Source: Octopus bimaculoides (lineage: Eukaryota). From it: a stretch of DNA of 44,838 bases. The notes beneath the pieces are model-generated. The model was not told the DNA's origin and ran no database searches. It saw only the letters and a program-made list of their open reading frames with translations. The stretch is from NCBI RefSeq assembly GCF_001194135.2, contig NC_068988.1, positions 27,011,346 to 27,056,183 of the forward strand, read 5' to 3'. Below are positions 37,954 to 44,838 of the stretch, one piece after another (the first letter of the stretch is position 1; each line of letters opens with the position of its first letter). A program made the translations under genes and the position numbers.

Positions 37954-38621
37954 AAGTATGCAGTTATAACATGCGTTTACTCCATTCCTTAAACTTTTAT
38001 ATTACTCNNNNNNNNNNNNNNNNNNNNNNNNNNNNNNNNNNNNNNNNNNNNNNNNNNNNNNNNNNNNNNNNNNNNNNNNNNNNNNNNNNNNNNNNNNNNN
38101 NNNNNNNNNNNNNNNNNTACATATATATATATATAAGGTAACATGTGTGTGTGTGTGTGTGTGTGTAATTCATATACGCATATATATAAAGCATTTATGT
38201 GTGTATGTCTGCAAATCTCAATTTCTGCAACATACATCAAATCGATCTTAGATGAATTCAAAAGATAATAGAAGTTTTTAAGCGTTATTTGACAAGAAAA
38301 CGGAAAGAGGGTTAATCCGAAATATAATATGACGCTCGTGAGTATTAAGGTTTTAAACAATGACAGACATATGCGTGTATTAAATATTATAAATATCATA
38401 AATTAGTACTCTAAAAGAAGCCACTTCTGGTTTTGAGAAGTGCTGTCAGTTACGCACTCAACCGACCCGTATATTATTATTGTATGCATGGAGGAACTAA
38501 ATACCATTCAGTGCTTAGTTTAGTCTCCTCTATTCTTTTTATCCAGAGTTACACAACAGATAATAACTATAATAATAATGATTATTAAGATGGACTTGTA
38601 CCGCGTCTAATAATACCAATA

Positions 38622-38763
38622 TCTTCTTCATCTTCTTCTTCTTCTTCTTCTTCTTCTTCTTCTTCTTCTTCTTCTTCTTCTTCTTCTTCTTCTTCTTCTT
38701 CTTCTTCTTCTTCTTCTTCTTCTTCTTCTTCTTCTTCGTCGTCGTCGTCGTCGTCGTTGTCAT
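38622..38763. repeat. (TCT)n-(TCG)n microsatellite
   Basis: Direct reading. Confidence 0.99.
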
Positions 38764-39355
38764 CATTATTACTATTATTGAGTGAGAGAGCAGTGCATGC
38801 CATCAAAGTGACACTGGGGTAAAATATACGAATCCCATCATACCCATCGTGAGTGACTAACCATCTGATAAGGGTACATTAGGCACATGCATCACAACCA
38901 TATGTGCACTACAGGGTGATATCATATCAAGATAAACAGAGCATGACCATGCAGGAGGGCGCCAGTTAGAATTTTCTTCAGATCGAGTAGCCCATCCCAC
39001 TCAGAAGGTCTCCGAATAAGGGTTGTTTAAGGATGTTGAATGAAACACCCATGTTTCCAGAGGTGAATTATTCAAACCCCAAAGAATTCTTCTCAACACA
39101 TGGCTATGATTCTCCCCCACTACTTCTGCTCATGATCAGAGAAGCACATATTGTCAATCACAAAGGGAAATGCTCAAGTAGTTATGGTCAAATAACTGAC
39201 AATCAGGTTCGTGGTATTGAGCAGAATATTTACTGTAGCCCATCTTTCATGCCAAGATAAAACAAGTACATGATAACGCTTCCAATCAGTTAAGATCCGA
39301 AGCCATTAGAGCCAGGGCCTGGTACTGCATCAGGACATGTCTCCGTCATATTTCA
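38764..39355 (-). mobile_element. Unclassified ~600-bp non-coding retroposon-like repeat with (AAT)n tail
   Basis: On the minus strand it ends ...TTTTACCCCAGTGTCACTTTGATGGCATGCACTGCTCTCTCACTC-AATAATAGTAATAAT. It has no informative ORF. I recall similar sequence as a common octopus repeat, but it is single-copy here, so that is unverified. Confidence 0.45.
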
Positions 39356-39394
39356 CCCTGGTGGCAAATAAATGAAATCATTGTTATTATTATT

Positions 39395-39807
39395 CAGTAG
39401 TCTTACTTTTATCACATGCTTTCACTCCACTGCGAGGCGCAGCTGTGTGCCTTGGGTATGTGCTGCCGATAGGGTTTTTCTAAGGATGTGGTCAATACTT
39501 GTCAGCATAATCTTTCGAATTTCTCTGAGTCATGGTTCTCCTGGGATTTTATCTAGATGTTTCTGGCATCCCCTTTTTATCATACCTAGGGCATCTACAA
39601 TAACAGGAACAGTTCTCGCTTTAAGATGCCACATCTTTTGTATGTCAATTCCCAGGTCCTTATATTTACTTAATTTGTCAAATTCCTTTACAGATATATT
39701 TTTATCAGTGGGAACACTTACATATATTAGTCTACAAGTATTTTCTTCCCTGTCTTTAATAATTATGTCTGGTCGATTAGCCTGGATCATTCTGTCAGTG
39801 TTGACTG
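39395..39807 (-). mobile_element. 5'-truncated R4/Dong-like element (endonuclease end and 3' UTR) with 15-bp target-site duplication
   Basis: ORF 39530-39790 reads QANRPDIIIKDREENTCRLIYVSVPTDKNISVKEFDKLSKYKDL..MWHLKARTVPVIV.ALG. It is flanked by identical ATTGTTATTATTATT at 39380-39394 and 39808-39822. Confidence 0.9.
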
Positions 39808-39822
39808 ATTGTTATTATTATT

Positions 39823-40375
39823 ATCACGTCTACTCCCCTCATTGACCACAACCTTCGTATTTCCCACTTCAAATCGTGATAGTTGTCTATTTTTTCTTCT
39901 TCTTTCACATTGATCCTGTTGTCACTCGATGTCTGGTCAGGTGATCGCATCGGATCATTGCATCTCACGGGATTTTGCAATTCTCATTCTCGGTGACTCC
40001 TTCTAGAGTTTTCTCATACCACGTCTTTACTCTTTGTAGACCGTGATTTCCACAGAGCTCCCAATAGATCAATCTTGCGCAATTGTTATCCATGAAGAGG
40101 AGGTGGTTGATTGATTTGGATTTTTCTTTTAGTTGGTACCCCAGGTTAATTTTTCTAAGTACCAAGGTCAGCGGTAACATTCAGAGAACAAAAAGCAACG
40201 GAGATAAGTTTTTTTGTTTCGGTTATGATATATCGCTCTCATCAACAAATTTTTACAGTTCTTCTGCAATTCCTCCTGACAGTAACTTCCATATTAACTG
40301 GGGGCAAGAAATTGGTCTGTAATTGGCAGCAGCATTTCCCTTTGATACATCCTTCAGGCACAACACCGTTCGTCC
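39823..40375 (-). mobile_element. R4/Dong-like element with multiple internal deletions
   Basis: One frame reads [28 protein letters not shown] (RT1), then LSPLLFVL*MLPL..INHLLFMD (RT4-5), then NNCARLIYWELC..WYE..EGVTENENCKI. After a frameshift it reads DNRINVKEEEKIDNYHDLKWEIRRLW. Confidence 0.85.
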
Positions 40376-40423
40376 TTCTTCGTCTTTTTCTTCTCTTTCT
40401 TCTTCTTCTTCTTCTTCTTCTTC

Positions 40424-40481
<58 letters not shown>

Positions 40482-40505
40482 CATCATCATCATCATCATC
40501 ATCAG

Positions 40506-40592
<87 letters not shown>

Positions 40593-41523
40593 NNNNNNNN
40601 NNNNNNNNNNNNNNNNNNNNNNNNNNNNNNNNNNNNNNNNNNNNNNNNNNNNNNNNNNNNNNNNNNNNNNNNNNNNNNNNNNNNNNNNNNNNNNNNNNNN
40701 NNNNNNNNNNNNNNNNNNNNNNNNNNNNNNNNNNNNNNNNNNNNNNNNNNNNNNNNNNNNNNNNNNNNNNNNNNNNNNNNNNNNNNNNNNNNNNNNNNNN
40801 NNNNNNNNNNNNNNNNNNNNNNNNNNNNNNNNNNNNNNNNNNNNNNNNNNNNNNNNNNNNNNNNNNNNNNNNNNNNNNNNNNNNNNNNNNNNNNNNNNNN
40901 NNNNNNNNNNNNNNNNNNNNNNNNNNNNNNNNNNNNNNNNNNNNNNNNNNNNNNNNNNNNNNNNNNNNNNNNNNNNNNNNNNNNNNNNNNNNNNNNNNNN
41001 NNNNNNNNNNNNNNNNNNNNNNNNNNNNNNNNNNNNNNNNNNNNNNNNNNNNNNNNNNNNNNNNNNNNNNNNNNNNNNNNNNNNNNNNNNNNNNNNNNNN
41101 NNNNNNNNNNNNNNNNNNNNNNNNNNNNNNNNNNNNNNNNNNNNNNNNNNNNNNNNNNNNNNNNNNNNNNNNNNNNNNNNNNNNNNNNNNNNNNNNNNNN
41201 NNNNNNNNNNNNNNNNNNNNNNNNNNNNNNNNNNNNNNNNNNNNNNNNNNNNNNNNNNNNNNNNNNNNNNNNNNNNNNNNNNNNNNNNNNNNNNNNNNNN
41301 NNNNNNNNNNNNNNNNNNNNNNNNNNNNNNNNNNNNNNNNNNNNNNNNNNNNNNNNNNNNNNNNNNNNNNNNNNNNNNNNNNNNNNNNNNNNNNNNNNNN
41401 NNNNNNNNNNNNNNNNNNNNNNNNNNNNNNNNNNNNNNNNNNNNNNNNNNNNNNNNNNNNNNNNNNNNNNNNNNNNNNNNNNNNNNNNNNNNNNNNNNNN
41501 NNNNNNNNNNNNNNNNNNNNNNN

Positions 41524-41578
<55 letters not shown>
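40376..41578. repeat. (TCT)n-(TAT)n-(CAT)n-(TAT)n spanning a 931-N gap
   Basis: Direct reading on both sides of the gap. Confidence 0.95.
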
Positions 41579-41580
<2 letters not shown>

Positions 41581-42015
41581 TGCACTGGAATTTATATTAT
41601 ATAATTCAAGAGAGTTATTCCTTTCAGAAATGCCTGATCGTCACGCATTTTAGTTTTAAGACATGTGTATACTTGAGCAATTCTATGCCAAGTGAAATAT
41701 TTCAAATAATATTTTGTTTTCGTGTGCTTGTATGGCTCCGCATATGTATGAATGTATTAATGGACTTATAATTATCTATGTATCGTTAGGATGGCATGCA
41801 TTTATTAAACTAGTATATATATATACATAAACAATGCTACGTTTAGAATAAGTTTCCTCCTCTATTCAAATGAACAACACACTGGTATATTATATAAAGC
41901 TTTTTTCTACTGAGAACTTTCGACGTTGTACAACAAACAATGAATCCTTTATCAGTTCTACACAGGCCACCTGGTACTAACGATGGTNNNNNNNNNNTGT
42001 GTGTGTGTGTGTGTG

Positions 42016-42484
42016 AGGAGCAAATATTCAGGAGTGAATATTTATATAGATATTAATATTGCTATTATTATCGAAGGCAATACAAATAGTTGATAATAAC
42101 AACAACATTAATATAGGTGGTTGCAGGCCTAAATCAGTATTATATAGCTATAGAATTGAAATCATATCAATCATAAGAGTACACGAATGCGCCTGCCTGA
42201 TAGACATAAGAGTCAAAACTCTCGTTCAAAGCACCAAAAATAACACTGAAAATAACAACAGTATCAACAGTACTCGGGTGAATGGATCAAAAATATCTAG
42301 TAGGAAGACGCATTCGTGTGCCCTTATGATTGATATAATTTTAATTCTATAGCTAGATAATGCTATTTCAGGCCTGCAGCCACCTATATTAATGTTACTG
42401 TTATTATCAACTATTTATATTGCCTTCGATAATAATAGCAATATTAATATCTATATAAATATTCACTCATGAATATTTGCTCCT
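42016..42484. mobile_element. Foldback/MITE-like element with ~190-bp inverted arms
   Basis: 42016-42207 is the reverse complement of 42293-42484 (roughly 85-90% identical by eye) around an 85-bp spacer. No clear TSD is visible. Confidence 0.75.
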
Positions 42485-42685
42485 GATTGGTATTTTTCAC
42501 ACTGAAGCTGTCCTGATTTTGGCGCAAAACAACTCAGGGTGCCAGCAGATTTCAACGTAGTGAATTGGGATTTCTTTTTCAAATGGTTGATACGTGCTGA
42601 TGAATTGTTATATCAAACCAGAAACCGGTCCACGTGTATACTAATACTAAGAAATATATAGCATTATGCTATATAGGTATGTGAA

Positions 42686-42801
42686 AGATACTTTCGATCC
42701 GTTCGCCCGAGTGTTGTTGCTTCTGTTGTTATTTTGGTGGTTTCAACGAGGATTTTAACTCTTATCTCACGCAGGCATGCACATTAGCGTGCCCTTATGA
42801 T

Positions 42802-42805
<4 letters not shown>
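42686..42805 (-). mobile_element. Second, inverted partial copy of the foldback element (spacer and inner arm)
   Basis: AGATACTTTCGATCCGTTCGCCCGAGT...GTGCCCTTATGATT aligns with the reverse complement of about 42170-42298, then runs into (TA)n and a gap. Confidence 0.65.
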
Positions 42806-42845
<40 letters not shown>

Positions 42846-43446
42846 NNNNNNNNNNNNNNNNNNNNNNNNNNNNNNNNNNNNNNNNNNNNNNNNNNNNNNN
42901 NNNNNNNNNNNNNNNNNNNNNNNNNNNNNNNNNNNNNNNNNNNNNNNNNNNNNNNNNNNNNNNNNNNNNNNNNNNNNNNNNNNNNNNNNNNNNNNNNNNN
43001 NNNNNNNNNNNNNNNNNNNNNNNNNNNNNNNNNNNNNNNNNNNNNNNNNNNNNNNNNNNNNNNNNNNNNNNNNNNNNNNNNNNNNNNNNNNNNNNNNNNN
43101 NNNNNNNNNNNNNNNNNNNNNNNNNNNNNNNNNNNNNNNNNNNNNNNNNNNNNNNNNNNNNNNNNNNNNNNNNNNNNNNNNNNNNNNNNNNNNNNNNNNN
43201 NNNNNNNNNNNNNNNNNNNNNNNNNNNNNNNNNNNNNNNNNNNNNNNNNNNNNNNNNNNNNNNNNNNNNNNNNNNNNNNNNNNNNNNNNNNNNNNNNNNN
43301 NNNNNNNNNNNNNNNNNNNNNNNNNNNNNNNNNNNNNNNNNNNNNNNNNNNNNNNNNNNNNNNNNNNNNNNNNNNNNNNNNNNNNNNNNNNNNNNNNNNN
43401 NNNNNNNNNNNNNNNNNNNNNNNNNNNNNNNNNNNNNNNNNNNNNN

Positions 43447-43477
<31 letters not shown>

Positions 43478-43880
43478 ATACACACACACATACATACAAC
43501 GCCAATAGCACTATGGCTCATAAAGGCCACACAGCTACACTGTTGGTTAGAAATAATAAATAGTACTGGTTAAAAGTAATGTACTTACGAGCGAGCGTGC
43601 GGGAGTATTTGCCTGACGAGGAAACCGAGGATGAGGTAGGAAAAATTCAGAAAACGACAGACTGTTATTAAATTTTTATAATCAGACTGAATATCTATTA
43701 TATTCTTGAGTTACTTGTCCTTGGTCATAGAGAGAGGAAATATAACGCCGTTGTATAATAAATTTCACAAAAGCAATATATCACTTCAACAGAATATGTT
43801 ATATACATTAATATTATGCAATGTCGTATATATTGAGATAATGTATGGTATATATACATTTAATAGTATATGTATGTACC

Positions 43881-43881
<1 letters not shown>

Positions 43882-43932
<51 letters not shown>

Positions 43933-43991
43933 CATACATACATACATACATACATACATACATACATACATACATACATAAATAGACAGAC

Positions 43992-44040
<49 letters not shown>
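43882..44040. repeat. Compound (GATA)n/(TACA)n microsatellite
   Basis: Direct reading. Confidence 0.98.
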
Positions 44041-44838
44041 TGCACACTTGTTATGTATATATGCATGTAATGTTACACACACACACGCACAAAACACATA
44101 CATACATATATATATACATACATATATGTATATGCATATACAAATATATATACACATATACATACATATACATATACAGAGGTGATTACATATATATTCA
44201 TGCACGCACACATAACCACACGTATATGTGTGTTTGCATGTGTAAAATATATGCATATATATACCTACATACATACATGTGTGTGTGTGTGTACATATGT
44301 ATGCATATAGAGACAGAAAAAATACATACATATATACATAATTACATTTTTCTTCTTTTTTTTTCGATTTCTTTCAAGCTGTGGCATATCTTTGCTGGAG
44401 ATGATATATATTGACCACTTGTTTAACAGAAATCTATATTATCTGAAAAAGTATATATTTAGAAGTAATCTCAGAAGTAGTATGTTAACACATAATCTTC
44501 TGAAGTCGACGTTATACTTTAATAAAGTTAAGACATATAAAGCAATCGGGCCGTTATTCATATGGGGAAAAATCGAACGGATGAAACGTTGTTCGATCTT
44601 TCAATTTATAGACGGAGTCTGTTGATTCCGTTCCGACTACTGTCTCTTTTGTTTAAATGTGATCATTTCTTTCTTTCTATGTTCCAAACTATTATCACAC
44701 TATTTTATATTATATTTCATATACACTATTTCATATCTTTTATCTCATATCTTTTACTTGTTACGGGGGCACCGCCTTAAAGAGTTTTTTTTTTACTTGA
44801 ACAAATTGCCCACGGGAATTTTTTTTTATTCTAGGAGT

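Larger units (their letters stand above)
37671..37987. mobile_element. 317-bp palindrome of two inverted hammerhead-bearing units, probably inverted Penelope-like element termini
   Basis: Arms 37671-37825 and 37833-37987 are 155 bp each with 4 mismatches by my count and a 7-nt loop TACTCGG. The inverted repeat itself is certain; the Penelope-like assignment is inferred from hammerhead architecture. Confidence 0.7.

Noticed and set aside
39823-40375. Splicing as the cause of the LINE internal deletions
   Set aside because: Inferred junctions do not fit GT-AG boundaries, e.g. FMD|D would not start with GT.
41905-41960. CTGATAA...CGAAAG hammerhead-like motif on the minus strand
   Set aside because: G8 is mutated and neither stem I nor stem II can be formed convincingly.
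43605-43660. CCTGACGAGGAAACCGAGG hammerhead-like start
   Set aside because: There is no correctly placed GAAA/NUH or stem I.

Overview
This is AT-rich, microsatellite-dense eukaryotic DNA with 16 N-gaps (about 5.4 kb in total), most flanked by (TA)n or other simple repeats. The SINE families, R4/Dong-type LINE fragments and repeat spectrum point to an octopus short-read assembly (inference, e.g. O. bimaculoides). I found no protein-coding gene I can name. Almost all listed ORFs are microsatellite, gap or transposon artefacts, so the window looks intronic or intergenic. Supported content: (1) a dozen or so copies of a ~210-bp tRNA-like SINE (family A, OK-like); (2) several copies of a longer SINE with an internal microsatellite (family B, OR/CORE-like), some nested; (3) four decayed fragments of restriction-like-endonuclease non-LTR retrotransposons (R4/Dong type) at 23.8-25.7 kb and 39.4-40.4 kb; (4) a Chapaev3-like transposase remnant; (5) a Tc1/mariner-type MITE; (6) a ~470-bp foldback element. 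The best hidden signal is a 317-bp near-perfect palindrome at 37671-37987. Each arm carries a type I hammerhead ribozyme with a canonical core and a palindromic minimal stem III, as in Penelope-like element termini. A second hammerhead-like family with a variant core lies at 12752-12786. All annotations were made by eye, so boundaries of old repeats are approximate.
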